Origin: a bacterium
GTDB lineage: Bacteria; Fibrobacterota; Fibrobacteria; UBA11236
Reading direction: 5' to 3'
Assembly: GCA_900299345.1 (NCBI GenBank)
Contig: OMJM01000065.1
Location: 16,531-80,530 of the forward strand
DNA: 64,000 nucleotides
In this document: piece after piece, positions 20,457 through 29,519 of the stretch
How the letters are laid out: the number at the start of each line of letters is the position of its first letter
Numbering within the stretch: the stretch's first letter is position 1
Made by a program: the position numbers and the translations under genes
The notes under the pieces: generated by a model
Told to the model about the DNA's origin: nothing
Databases searched by the model: none
What the model saw: only the letters and a program-made list of their open reading frames with translations

Positions 20457-21317
20457 ATGATTCCTCGTCCCTGGCGAATTAAAGATCGACTTCTGGGTGG
20501 GGAGCGTCCGTTGATCATGGGCATTCTCAACGTCACGCCCGACTCCTTTCACGACGGTGGCAAGTACACATCCGTAGAAGCCGCGTTGCGCCGTTGCGAG
20601 GAAATGTTATCCGAAGGCGCCGACCTTGTGGATGTAGGGGGGGAAAGTACGCGTCCCGCCGCCGAGCCTGTTCCGGAAGCTGAGGAACGTTCACGGGTCG
20701 TCCCGGTGATCGAAGCCATTGCCAAACGTTTTGATCAGCCGATCTCGATCGACACGATGAAGTCCGGGGTTGCCCGTGCCGCGCTGGAATCGGGAGCGTC
20801 AATCATTAACGACGTTTCCGCCATGACTTTTGATCCCTTGATGCTGGACGTGCCACAAGGCTTTGGTGCGGCGGTGGTGTTGAATCACATGCGCGGTGCG
20901 CCGAGAACCATGCAGCAAAATCCCGGCTACGAAAACGTCGTGCGCGAGGTTCGGGATTTTTTGTCGGAGCGCGTCCGACTATTGGCGTCGCTTGGAGTGT
21001 CGAAAGACCGCATCGCTGTGGATCCGGGTATCGGGTTTGGGAAGCGGTTGGAAGACAATTACACGCTGATCGAACATTTGGAGGAATTCGATGTTCTCGG
21101 ATGTCCGGTTCTGCTCGGTCACAGCCACAAATCCTTCATCGGCAAAACGCCGGGGCTGGAAAACAGCGACCGTCTTCACCCCAGCGTGGCGATCTCCGTG
21201 TATGCTCTGCTCAAGGGAGCTTCGATTTTGCGGGTGCATGACGTGAAAGCCACGTTTGAAGCCCTGCGCATGGTGGAATCAATTCGAAAATCCGGTTTTC
21301 AGGCCCCCGGGGCTTGA
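20457..21317 (+). CDS. folP: dihydropteroate synthase
   Basis: Pterin-binding fold motifs (ILNVTPDSFHDGG, DVGGESTRP). Follows ftsH as in the common ftsH-folP arrangement. Confidence 0.9.
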   Translation: MIPRPWRIKDRLLGGERPLIMGILNVTPDSFHDGGKYTSVEAALRRCEEMLSEGADLVDVGGESTRPAAEPVPEAEERSRVVPVIEAIAKRFDQPISIDTMKSGVARAALESGASIINDVSAMTFDPLMLDVPQGFGAAVVLNHMRGAPRTMQQNPGYENVVREVRDFLSERVRLLASLGVSKDRIAVDPGIGFGKRLEDNYTLIEHLEEFDVLGCPVLLGHSHKSFIGKTPGLENSDRLHPSVAISVYALLKGASILRVHDVKATFEALRMVESIRKSGFQAPGA

Positions 21318-21335
21318 TTATATTTACCCGCCCCG

Positions 21336-21411
21336 GACGTTTAGCTCAGCTGGTTAGAGTACATCGTTCACATCGATGGGGTCGTAGGTTCAAGTCCTAC
21401 AACGTCCACCA
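21336..21411 (+). tRNA. tRNA-Val (anticodon CAC)
   Basis: 76-nt cloverleaf read by eye: acceptor GGACGTT/AACGTCC, D-arm GCTCAGCTGGTTAGAGT, anticodon stem CATCG/CGATG with loop TTCACAT (anticodon CAC), T-arm GTAGGTTCAAGTCCTAC, and an encoded CCA. Confidence 0.85.
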
Positions 21412-21506
21412 GCCTTCCCTTCCCAAGACATCCTAAGTCGTCCTAAATGGGTGAACAATCCTCGATATTTGCAGGAGTTCTCCGGTTATTTCTATGGATT
21501 TATCCG

Positions 21507-22505
21507 CTAAAAAAGGGAATTGTCCCGAGGTGATTTCATGGGAACCTCGGTGACCTTCAGTGGTGGTGATTTCACACCTCGCAAAAGTCGTATTGCCGCG
21601 TCCGGAGGAAACATGGGGTCAAGCCAAGTTTTCGCTTCTTCCACTGTAAGGATAATCGGTGTTCTTTCATGCCAAATTCCCCGTAGCTCTGGTATTTCAT
21701 CACTCGGACCAGTTATTACAGTGCAGCTATCCAAGGTTGCGCCGTCGCAGCCGATCCATGTTTCGTAAAGAGCAGCCAAAAAATTTGGCTCGGCCATTTC
21801 TACCGTGTACTCCCGGCCTTTAAACTCAGGTGGTGCTTCGTCCATGTTTGGACGCTCCATCCATGCAATTGCTGGAATCACGGCGCGTCCGGTTCCGGTC
21901 ACAACCGTGGTGCCCATGAACACGAGATTCATCCGGTCCGCCAGCGGCGCCTGCGTGTCGAGCAGGATTTCCGCGTCCTTTTCCACAGGCATAGATTCAC
22001 CCGTGAGCGCCGATTCTCGGATGCGTAGATCGGAGTCATGAAGCAAGCGTGCGTCCGCCGCCACCAGATCGCCGCTTTCCATCAACAGCACATCACCAGC
22101 TACGATCTCCGCAGCGGGTAATGAAACGGCGTGTCCATTGCGCAGCACCCTTGCTGAAGGCGCGGTCATTTTCTTCAAGGCGGCAATGGCTTGTTCGGCG
22201 CGATACTCTTGAAAGAATCCGATCACGGCATTCAGGATCACGATGATCGAAATCGCCGACGAATCCACCCATTCCCCAAGCGCACCCGAGACAAACGCTG
22301 CGGCGAACAGAAGCAAAACCAACGGACTCTTGAATTGTTCAGCCAGCAATTTCCACGGACGAACGGGCGCGGCTTCTCGCAAGGTGTTTTGTCCGTTTGT
22401 CGTGAGTCGTCGTTGCGCGATTTCTGAATCCAATCCACGCAGTGGGTCGGTCTCGAGTCGGGTGGCGACCGTGGCGGCGTCGAGAGTATGCCATGCGGTC
22501 GTCAT
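21507..22505 (-). pseudogene. chimeric remnant: N-terminal ~230 aa of a P-type (Ca/Mg-type) cation ATPase fused in-frame to the C-terminal ~110 aa of an SRAP (YedK/DUF159) protein
   Basis: From the Met at 22505 the product has a cation-ATPase N-terminus (AWHTLDAATVATRLETDPLRGLDSEIAQRRL), TM1-2, and an actuator domain up to TGESMPVEK. The catalytic DKTGT and later domains are absent. The reading frame then continues into an SRAP C-terminal signature (AIAWMERP...TLDSCTVITGPSDEIPELRGIWHERTPIILTVEEAKTWLDP). The SRAP part is visibly lower in GC. Confidence 0.6.
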
Positions 22506-22610
22506 GTGAATGGAAGGATAATAGCATGCCGTTTGCCCGGTGTACGGGATTTCCCGTGCCAAAACGTCGCACGTGATCCTGAGCGAATCTTTCCGAACTA
22601 CAATTGAACC

Positions 22611-23969
22611 ATGCGGATCACCTTTCTTGGTGCCACCGGGACGGTCACGGGTTCCCGCTATCTGTTGGAAAAAAGCCGTGGTCGCATGCTGGTGGATTGC
22701 GGCCTTTTTCAGGGTCTGAAAACTTTGCGTTTGCGCAATTGGGCTCCCATACCCACGGACGTGTCCAAACTCAACGCCGTATTGTTGACGCACGCGCATC
22801 TCGATCACAGCGGGTATCTGCCCCGGCTGGTTCGGGAAGGTTTTCAGGGAACAATCTTCGGCACTGAACCCACGCTGGAGATTGCCCGTATTCTCCTGTT
22901 GGACTCGGCAAAACTGATGGAAGAGGACGCCGATCACGCTCGTCGGCATGGATATTCCAAGCACAAGAAACCCGTGCCTCTTTATACTCAAAGAGATGCG
23001 GAACTTTGCTTCCGAAGGTTTTCTCCATTGCGGTGGGGGGACTCGCAACGTCTCCTCGGCGGGTTCGAAATCGAAATGCGGCGGGCGGGACACATTCTTG
23101 GCGCATCCAGTGTCAGCGTGCGATCCGGAAATGTCCGTGTTGCGTTTTCAGGTGATCTGGGGCGCACCGGAGATCCACTACTGCCGGATCCGGAACCACC
23201 TCCCGTCTCCGATTATGTCGTGGTCGAGTCCACATACGGAAACCGCGTACATCCCGCCGTCGATCCCATGGGTCAGCTGGAACAACACATTCTCGCCGTG
23301 AAAGCACGCGGTGGCAAGGTGATCATCCCGGCCTTTGCCGTGGGGCGTACGCAGTACATCCTGTATTGTCTCAGCGAACTTCGGAAACAAAAACGCATTC
23401 CCGATCTGCCGGTGTTCGTGGACAGCCCGATGGCGTCGCAAGTCACGGCGCTGTACGCGCGACACGCGAGCGAACATTGCTGGGACACTCAAGCCTGCGA
23501 AAGGATTTTTGCCGGTGCGCATTACGTGGAGGATCGCGAAGAATCAATGCGGTTGACGCAACGAGAGGAGCCTTGCATCATTCTGAGCGCATCAGGGATG
23601 GCCACCGGCGGCCGCGTGCTGAATCATTTGCAGGCTTGTGCGGGTGATCCCCGAAATTTGATCCTGTTCTCGGGATACCAGGCTGCGGGGACTCGCGGAA
23701 GCGATCTCGTGTCAGGACGCAAGGAAATCAAAATTCACGGGGAGTATGTCGAGGTCCGGTGCGAGGTTGCGCAACTTGAAAGCGCTTCCGCGCATGCCGA
23801 CGCTCCCGGGTTGCTCACCTGGCTCGGGAAGATTCCCTCCCCGCCCCGACGTGTTTTCGTGACACATGGCGAGCCTTCCGCCGCGGATGCATTGCGCCGG
23901 CAGATTGTGGACAAGCTGGGATTCGATGCGGTGACGCCGGAATACGGTGAGAAAGTGGAGTTGGGGTAA
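22611..23969 (+). CDS. MBL-fold metallo-hydrolase with beta-CASP / RNA-metabolising domain
   Basis: Metallo-beta-lactamase motif LLTHAHLDHSG plus beta-CASP-like downstream motifs (ESTYGNR, HGE). 452 aa. Confidence 0.75.
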   Translation: MRITFLGATGTVTGSRYLLEKSRGRMLVDCGLFQGLKTLRLRNWAPIPTDVSKLNAVLLTHAHLDHSGYLPRLVREGFQGTIFGTEPTLEIARILLLDSAKLMEEDADHARRHGYSKHKKPVPLYTQRDAELCFRRFSPLRWGDSQRLLGGFEIEMRRAGHILGASSVSVRSGNVRVAFSGDLGRTGDPLLPDPEPPPVSDYVVVESTYGNRVHPAVDPMGQLEQHILAVKARGGKVIIPAFAVGRTQYILYCLSELRKQKRIPDLPVFVDSPMASQVTALYARHASEHCWDTQACERIFAGAHYVEDREESMRLTQREEPCIILSASGMATGGRVLNHLQACAGDPRNLILFSGYQAAGTRGSDLVSGRKEIKIHGEYVEVRCEVAQLESASAHADAPGLLTWLGKIPSPPRRVFVTHGEPSAADALRRQIVDKLGFDAVTPEYGEKVELG

Positions 23970-23971
23970 CC

Positions 23972-25372
23972 CTACTCGCACCGGAACTTGGTGCTGCCCG
24001 CCGGAATTTCTTCCGGGTACTTCCCATCGAAACACGCAGCACAATAGCTTCCGCCACCGCGAGGAACAACGGAGAGCAATCCCTTGATGCTCAGATACTC
24101 TAGCGTATCTGCGCCCAACAACTTGCGCGTCTCTTCCTGTGTCATCGTGCCGGCAATGAGTTCTTCCTTCGAGGGGAAATCCATTCCGTAGTAACACGGA
24201 TTCATCACGGGCGGTGAGCTGATGCGGATGTGAACCTTGTCGGCTCCGGCGTCGCGCAGCATTTTGGTCAGGAATTTCAACGTCGTGCCGCGCACGATGG
24301 AATCGTCCACCAGCACCACGCGCTTGCCTTTGAGGACGCCCGCGATGGGATTGAACTTGAGTTTGACTTTCTGTTCGCGCACGTTCTGCGAGGGATCGAT
24401 GAAGGTGCGGCCCACGTAGTGATTGCGCAGAAGGCCGATGTCGAATCGGATGCCGGCTTCCTGCGCATAGCCGATGGCCGCGGTGTTGGAAGAGTCGGGA
24501 ACGGCGATGACCACGTCAGCCTCGGCAGGATGTTCCTTGGCCAGCTGCTTGCCGATCTTGCGGCGGATCTTGTCGCAGCTTTCCTCGAAGATGCGCGAGT
24601 CGGGTCGTGCGAAATAGATGAACTCGAAAACGCAATGTGCCTTGCGTTTTTTTGCCGGGAGCTCGCGCGAGGTGAGGCCGGAGGCGTCGATGCGGCAGAT
24701 TTCGCCGGGCTTGATGTCGCGCTCGTATTTTGCGCTGAGTAGATCCAGGGCGCAGGTTTCCGAGGCGACGACCCATGTGTCGTCCATTTTTCCGAGGCAC
24801 AAGGGACGGAATCCGTAACCGTCGCGTGCGACATACACCGCATCCTTGCTGAGGAATACAAGACAGTAAGCGCCGGTCAGTTTTGCCAGCGATTCGGAAA
24901 TGGCGTCGAAGAGATCTTCTTTTTTCGATCGCGCAATGAGATGGAGGATGACTTCAGTGTCTGAGGTGCTCTGGAAGATATGCCCCAGCTCTTCCATCTC
25001 CTGGCGGATTTCCGGGGCGTTCACGATGTTGCCGTTGTGGGCGATGGCAAGCGGCCCGCGCTTGGTGGAAACCAGCATGGGCTGCGCATTGTTGATGTTG
25101 CTGCGGCCTGTGGTGGAATAGCGCACGTGGCCGATGCCCGCGGAACCCTTCAAGGAATCCACGAGTTTTTCCTCGCGGGTGAGTTCGGTGACGAGGCCCA
25201 TGCGGCGCAGGTGATGGATTTCCGCACCATCGGTGACGGCGACGCCCACGCTTTCCTGTCCGCGGTGTTGGAGTGAGTAGAGTCCCATGAGAACCCGGCG
25301 CGCCACCTCGGTGCCGCCGAAGATTCCCATCACTCCGCATTCTTCGCCGACGCCCTCGTCCATTGCTCCCAT
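23972..25372 (-). CDS. purF: amidophosphoribosyltransferase
   Basis: Ntn-hydrolase domain with catalytic Cys after an 11-aa propeptide (MGAMDEGVGEE|CGVMGIF), a PRTase motif, and a C-terminal Cys cluster (CYYGMDFP...CAACFDGKYP) of the B. subtilis-type Fe-S PurF. Confidence 0.9.
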   Translation of the reverse strand: MGAMDEGVGEECGVMGIFGGTEVARRVLMGLYSLQHRGQESVGVAVTDGAEIHHLRRMGLVTELTREEKLVDSLKGSAGIGHVRYSTTGRSNINNAQPMLVSTKRGPLAIAHNGNIVNAPEIRQEMEELGHIFQSTSDTEVILHLIARSKKEDLFDAISESLAKLTGAYCLVFLSKDAVYVARDGYGFRPLCLGKMDDTWVVASETCALDLLSAKYERDIKPGEICRIDASGLTSRELPAKKRKAHCVFEFIYFARPDSRIFEESCDKIRRKIGKQLAKEHPAEADVVIAVPDSSNTAAIGYAQEAGIRFDIGLLRNHYVGRTFIDPSQNVREQKVKLKFNPIAGVLKGKRVVLVDDSIVRGTTLKFLTKMLRDAGADKVHIRISSPPVMNPCYYGMDFPSKEELIAGTMTQEETRKLLGADTLEYLSIKGLLSVVPRGGGSYCAACFDGKYPEEIPAGSTKFRCE

Positions 25373-25461
25373 GAGGTCATAAAATATAAGTCCCGGAGGC
25401 GTTCTATATTTGAATTTCCATCGCGGAAAACGATTCTTCCGTGAACATGGAGAGGTGTCTC

Positions 25462-25776
25462 ATGGTGTCTCCAAACGGCGAATTCGAGGAGCAAAACTCC
25501 CAGTCCATCAACATCGAGCTTCCCGAGGCCGTGGCCGAGGGGATTTACGCGAATTTGTTCCTCGTCGCGCACAGCGGATCGGAATTCATCGTGGACTTTG
25601 CGCGCATTCTTCCGGGTCCGCCCAAGGGCAAAGTGCAGGCGCGCATCGTGATGACGCCGGCGCACGCGAAATCTCTGGTGGCCATTCTGCAGGAAAACAT
25701 CTCGCGCTTCGAGCGCAACTTCGGACCCATTCCGCCCTTTGGCGCGCCGGGAATGCCGCCACCCGAGGAGTTTTGA
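25462..25776 (+). CDS. DUF3467 family protein
   Basis: 104-aa product with the conserved core IELPEAVAEGIYANLFLVAHSGSEFIVDFARILPG. Confidence 0.6.
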   Translation: MVSPNGEFEEQNSQSINIELPEAVAEGIYANLFLVAHSGSEFIVDFARILPGPPKGKVQARIVMTPAHAKSLVAILQENISRFERNFGPIPPFGAPGMPPPEEF

Positions 25777-25778
25777 TC

Positions 25779-26378
25779 GTGGAAGTTCTCTGCCTCGACA
25801 TGGAAGGTGTGCTCACGCCGGAAATCTGGCATCATGTGCGCGATCGCACGGGGATTTCGGAATTGAATCTCACCACACGCGATGTGAAGGATTACCGCGA
25901 GCTGATGGATAAGCGCGTCGAGATTTGCGCGAAACACGGAGTGACGCTAAAGGACATTCAGAAGTACATCGCGGAACTGGATGTGATGGAAGGCGCGCGG
26001 GAATTCATGGACTGGGCGCGCATGCGCTGCCCCGTTTTCATCCTGTCCGACACGTTCTACGAATTCGCGGGTCCGCTCATCGCCAAGCTCGATTACCCGA
26101 CCCTGTTGTGCCACAGCATCGCGTATGACGAATCGGCGAAACGGCTGCGATACACGTTGCGGCAGGAAAACCAGAAGCAGAAGGCCGTGGAGGCGCTGCG
26201 GTCTCTGAACTACCGCGTGGCCGCGGCCGGAGATTCGTACAACGACACGCACATGCTGCGCGCGGCGAACGCGGCGGCGTTCTTCCGCGCGCCGGAAAGC
26301 ATTGCTAGGGAATTTCCGCAATTCCCCAGCCTGCATGAATACAGCGAACTGAAGGAATTTTTGATCGAGAACCTGTAG
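25779..26378 (+). CDS. thrH: phosphoserine phosphatase / homoserine phosphotransferase (HAD family)
   Basis: GTG start at 25779 gives MEVLCLDMEGVLTPEIW, which aligns along its whole length with Pseudomonas ThrH (MEIACLDLEGVLVPEIW...). HAD motifs DxD and AAGDSYNDT are present. Confidence 0.8.
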   Translation: MEVLCLDMEGVLTPEIWHHVRDRTGISELNLTTRDVKDYRELMDKRVEICAKHGVTLKDIQKYIAELDVMEGAREFMDWARMRCPVFILSDTFYEFAGPLIAKLDYPTLLCHSIAYDESAKRLRYTLRQENQKQKAVEALRSLNYRVAAAGDSYNDTHMLRAANAAAFFRAPESIAREFPQFPSLHEYSELKEFLIENL

Positions 26379-26451
26379 CTCGCCTCGATACACCACGCCG
26401 GTGCTTCGACTACGCTCAGCAACCGGCGTGGCACTCGGCGAGCGATGCCCC
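26379..26451 (+). repeat. stem-loop element with TCGATACACC core, downstream of thrH (between convergent genes)
   Basis: CTCGCC-TCGATACACC-[CCACGCCGGT...ACCGGCGTGG hairpin]-CAC-TCGGCGAG-CGATGCCCC, beginning 1 nt after the thrH stop. Same architecture as the element after ftsH. Confidence 0.55.
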
Positions 26452-26484
26452 GTTAAAACAATCTCGCTGGCCGAGTGTTCGCCG

Positions 26485-27138
26485 TCAGGCGGATGTACCG
26501 AGGCCAGCAAGTCTTGTTCTGAACCACGTCGCGATGTCGTTCAATTCTTCCATCAGCAAGGTGTGATCTTTTTCATAGGTCCGGTAATCGATCCGGATTC
26601 CCAGCGATTGCAATTGTTTGAAGCCGCGCGCCGAAGGTTCAAAAGGCACGACGGGATCCTGAAATCCATGGGTGATGAGGAAATGTTGATTCCTGGCCAC
26701 GGGTGAAAACTGAGCCGGATATTCTTCGAGGAAGGAAGGGTAACCGGAAACTCCGCAGATCCCGCCCAATACTTCGGGACAGCGCAACCCGAGATCCGTG
26801 ACCATCAGGCAACCCTGACTGAATCCAAACAGGTAAGTGTCCCGCGCCGCAACGCCCTGTTCCTTCAACTCCGCCAGAAGTTTCAGCAGCAGTTCTCGGC
26901 TGCGCCGGATTCCGGTTTTGGAATCGCCCTGAAAGTCGTACCAACTGAAGCCGCCGTAGTACGGGTCCGGTGCGTTGAGGAACAGGTAGGACAGGTTGTC
27001 GATTTTCAAGGCTTCGGGCAGGAACGAAAATCCGCGCAGCGAATCCCCGAGGCCGTGCAGGACGATGAGCAGGCGCGTGCGGTCGCCCGGATCTTTGGCG
27101 GGGAGATAGCGGTGGTCGAAAGTTTGGGTGGTGAGCAT
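26485..27138 (-). CDS. alpha/beta hydrolase, phospholipase/carboxylesterase family
   Basis: LIVLHGLGDS and nucleophile elbow GFSQG. Length and His position fit the Abhydrolase_2-type esterases. Confidence 0.75.
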   Translation of the reverse strand: MLTTQTFDHRYLPAKDPGDRTRLLIVLHGLGDSLRGFSFLPEALKIDNLSYLFLNAPDPYYGGFSWYDFQGDSKTGIRRSRELLLKLLAELKEQGVAARDTYLFGFSQGCLMVTDLGLRCPEVLGGICGVSGYPSFLEEYPAQFSPVARNQHFLITHGFQDPVVPFEPSARGFKQLQSLGIRIDYRTYEKDHTLLMEELNDIATWFRTRLAGLGTSA

Positions 27139-27569
27139 CAGCGTTTCAATGGGTTGTGCCAGCGCAGTCCGGGAAAGCGGGCGAAGTCCTTGTCAAAGGA
27201 AACCAAGGTATATCCATGTTCGTGGGCCAGTGCGGCGAGATAGGCATCCGTGACGATGGCCCCTTTTGCGTTGACCTGGCGGCAGAGAGAGGAAAAAATC
27301 CTCCAATGATCCGGGCCGGGCGAAACCCGCACCGCATCGGGAAGATCCAGCAGATCGTCGAGGAACCGGAACGCAACCTCGAGCGAGGAAGGAACGGAAA
27401 AAATCGAGGTGTGCGTGGTCACCCTCAAAAATCCCGAAAGGGCCACGTCGCACAGGCCGAGAACGGAAGATTCTGAATCCATTTTTCTCAACAGCGCAAG
27501 CGCCGCGGTGTGATGAACGTGATCCGCACGGTGCGCGGCGACCAGTAAATTGACGTCAGCCAGGAACAT
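27138..27569 (-). CDS. vapC: type II toxin-antitoxin system VapC family toxin (PIN domain)
   Basis: PIN-domain acidic residues (MFLADVNLL..., ...DAYLAALA...). Overlaps the upstream small antitoxin gene by 14 nt. Confidence 0.8.
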   Translation of the reverse strand: MFLADVNLLVAAHRADHVHHTAALALLRKMDSESSVLGLCDVALSGFLRVTTHTSIFSVPSSLEVAFRFLDDLLDLPDAVRVSPGPDHWRIFSSLCRQVNAKGAIVTDAYLAALAHEHGYTLVSFDKDFARFPGLRWHNPLKR

Positions 27570-27813
27570 TCAATCCATCGGCGATGTCGAGCATGGCGGC
27601 GTTCGAGGCCGGATCGATTCCCGGGCGCAGGCCGGTTCCCTTGAAGGTGGTCAGCCGGAACTTTTTTTTTCCGGCCTTGTAGGCCGGGGCATTCTCGCGC
27701 AAAATCATTCGCAATCCCTGATCGAGCATGGACGTCAAGGTGGTTCCGTGATGGGCGGCGTATTTCTTGGCCTCGCGCAGGAGGCTGTCGCTGAGGCGGA
27801 CGGTGGTGCGCAT
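27556..27813 (-). CDS. vapB: VapB-type antitoxin (ribbon-helix-helix)
   Basis: MRTTVRLSDSLLREAKKYAAHHGTTLTSMLDQGLRMIL is a typical VapB/Rv0623-like antitoxin N-terminus. Start is the internal Met of ORF 27556..27837. Confidence 0.65.
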   Translation of the reverse strand: MRTTVRLSDSLLREAKKYAAHHGTTLTSMLDQGLRMILRENAPAYKAGKKKFRLTTFKGTGLRPGIDPASNAAMLDIADGLNVPG

Positions 27814-27935
27814 GGGGATAAAATATCCCGGTGACATATTTATGTCAATGGAATAAATCGTTGCTTTTACCCGGCCACCCGGCGGGGGGGCAAGGTGTCC
27901 GGTTTTCGCAAAATGGAGGAAATGCGGCGCGGATG

Positions 27936-27992
27936 GAGGCTGGGAACCGGTTGCCGGTTTTGAAAAACAAGCTTCGATTTTCCTATGCTCGA
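27936..27992 (+). promoter_or_regulatory. conserved ~56-nt upstream element, copy A (contains the palindrome AACCGG-TTG-CCGGTT)
   Basis: GAGGCTGGGAACCGGTTGCCGGTTTTGAAAAACAAGCTTCGATTTTCCTATGCTC, immediately 5' of the alginate-lyase-like gene. About 93% identical to copy B at 29449..29503. Confidence 0.6.
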
Positions 27993-27995
27993 CTC

Positions 27996-29333
27996 ATGGC
28001 GGCTCAGGGGTTTGTGTTCAGTCTTCTCTCGTCGGCGTTGCTGACATCAACACAGGCTCAGCCCTTTGTCCATCCCGGCATGCTGCACAAGCAATCCGAT
28101 TTCGATCGCGTGCGCGCGCAGGTCAACGCCAATGCCCAGCCGTGGCTGTCCGGCTGGAACAAGCTGAAAGCCAACCCGCATTCCGCCGGCACCTATGCCG
28201 CAAGACCGGTGGACACGGTTTATCGCGGAACCGGGACGCCGGAGAATTATTCGCGATTGTACAATGACGCCGCCGCCGCGTATGCCCTCGCCCTGCGCTG
28301 GCGCATTTCCGACAGCGCCGCGTACGCGGACGCCGCCGTGCGCATTTTAAACGCGTGGTCCTCGACCTTGAAGGCGATCAACGGCACTTCGGACAAATAT
28401 CTCGCCTCCGGCATTTACGGTTATCAAATGGCCAATGCCGCCGAGTTGATGCGCGCGTATCCGGGATGGGCCGCGGTGGATTTCACGCGGTTCCAGAACA
28501 TGATGCTCGCGATCTTTTATCCCATGAACCATGCCTTTCTCACGGATCACAACGGCGCCTGCGGCAGCCACTATTGGGCGAACTGGGATCTCTCCAACAT
28601 GGCTTCCATGATCAGCATCGGAATCCTGTGCGACAACCGCACGATATACAACGAGGCCGTCGACTATTTCAAAACCGGAGCGGGAACGGGAGCCATCGCC
28701 AATGCGGTGTGGTACCTCCATCCCGGAAATCTGGGACAATGGCAGGAAAGCGGACGCGATCAAGGCCATGCCCTGCTTGGCCCGGCGTTGATGGGTCCGT
28801 TCTGTGAAATGGCATGGAATCAGGGTGATGATCTTTATGGTCATGACGGCAACCGCTTTTTGAAAGGCGCGGAATACGTGGCCCAATTCAATCTCGGGAA
28901 ATCGGTGCCGTACGCGACGTACAACAACTGCGACAACGTGAACCAGACGGTCATCTCGGATTCGGGACGCGGCGGTTTGCGCCCGGAATGGGAATTGATT
29001 TACAATCATTATGTGAACCGCAAAGGTCTGGCCGCGCCCAACAGTCAGGCCTATGCGGCTTTGGTGCGCCCGGAAGGCGGCGGCGGCGATTACGGCCCGA
29101 ACAGCGGAGGATATGATCAATTGGGATATGGCACGTTGATGTTCACCCTGCCGCAGGCAACGCCGATCTTCCCGCCTGCGAAGCGGACAAAAACCTCCGC
29201 TCCTTCAGGCGTTTTCGTTTCCAACATGCTGGGTCGGGTTATCTGGATGCCGCGAAGGGAAAGCACGGGAATTTATGTGTTGAAAATTCCTGAAAGCGAA
29301 ATGAACCGACGTGCGCCAGTATTCCATCCATGA
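27996..29333 (+). CDS. alginate lyase / heparinase-II/III-like polysaccharide lyase family protein with T9SS C-terminal domain
   Basis: Signal peptide MAAQGFVFSLLSSALLTSTQA. Alginate_lyase-like N-terminal region (QPFVHPGML, WLSGWNKL). C-terminus VFVSNMLGRVIW...GIYVLKI is CTD-like. Confidence 0.7.
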   Translation: MAAQGFVFSLLSSALLTSTQAQPFVHPGMLHKQSDFDRVRAQVNANAQPWLSGWNKLKANPHSAGTYAARPVDTVYRGTGTPENYSRLYNDAAAAYALALRWRISDSAAYADAAVRILNAWSSTLKAINGTSDKYLASGIYGYQMANAAELMRAYPGWAAVDFTRFQNMMLAIFYPMNHAFLTDHNGACGSHYWANWDLSNMASMISIGILCDNRTIYNEAVDYFKTGAGTGAIANAVWYLHPGNLGQWQESGRDQGHALLGPALMGPFCEMAWNQGDDLYGHDGNRFLKGAEYVAQFNLGKSVPYATYNNCDNVNQTVISDSGRGGLRPEWELIYNHYVNRKGLAAPNSQAYAALVRPEGGGGDYGPNSGGYDQLGYGTLMFTLPQATPIFPPAKRTKTSAPSGVFVSNMLGRVIWMPRRESTGIYVLKIPESEMNRRAPVFHP

Positions 29334-29448
29334 AACGCCCGCCGGAAATTTCCGCTTGGGCGGTGTGAAGGCGGAGTCTCTCTGACGGGGACGGGGGTGT
29401 CCCCGAAACAAAGTTGGACCCTGTTTTCAGGGGCGGAGCCGGGGAATT

Positions 29449-29503
29449 GAGGCTGGGAGCCGGTTGCCGGTTTTGAAAACAGGCTTCGATTTTCCTACGC
29501 TCC
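29449..29503 (+). promoter_or_regulatory. conserved ~56-nt upstream element, copy B
   Basis: GAGGCTGGGAGCCGGTTGCCGGTTTTGAAAACAGGCTTCGATTTTCCTACGCTC, followed by GGAGG and the ATG at 29520. Confidence 0.6.
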
Positions 29504-29519
29504 TCACGGAGGCCTCCGG

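Noticed and set aside
21412-22610. An integrase or phage-island call next to tRNA-Val.
   Set aside because: No integrase, excisionase or repeat of the tRNA 3' end was found in the window. I describe only the gene remnant.
25410-25778. The 322-aa ORF 25410..26378 read as a single gene.
   Set aside because: Its N-terminal 123 codons are an out-of-frame overlap of the DUF3467 gene. ThrH homology starts at the GTG at 25779.
27936-27992. Interpreting the conserved upstream element (CTGGGAACCGGTTGCC) as a sigma-54 -24/-12 promoter.
   Set aside because: The GG to GC spacing is 10-11 nt rather than 12, and the TGGCAC or TTGCW consensus bases are not matched. I kept it only as an unassigned regulatory element.
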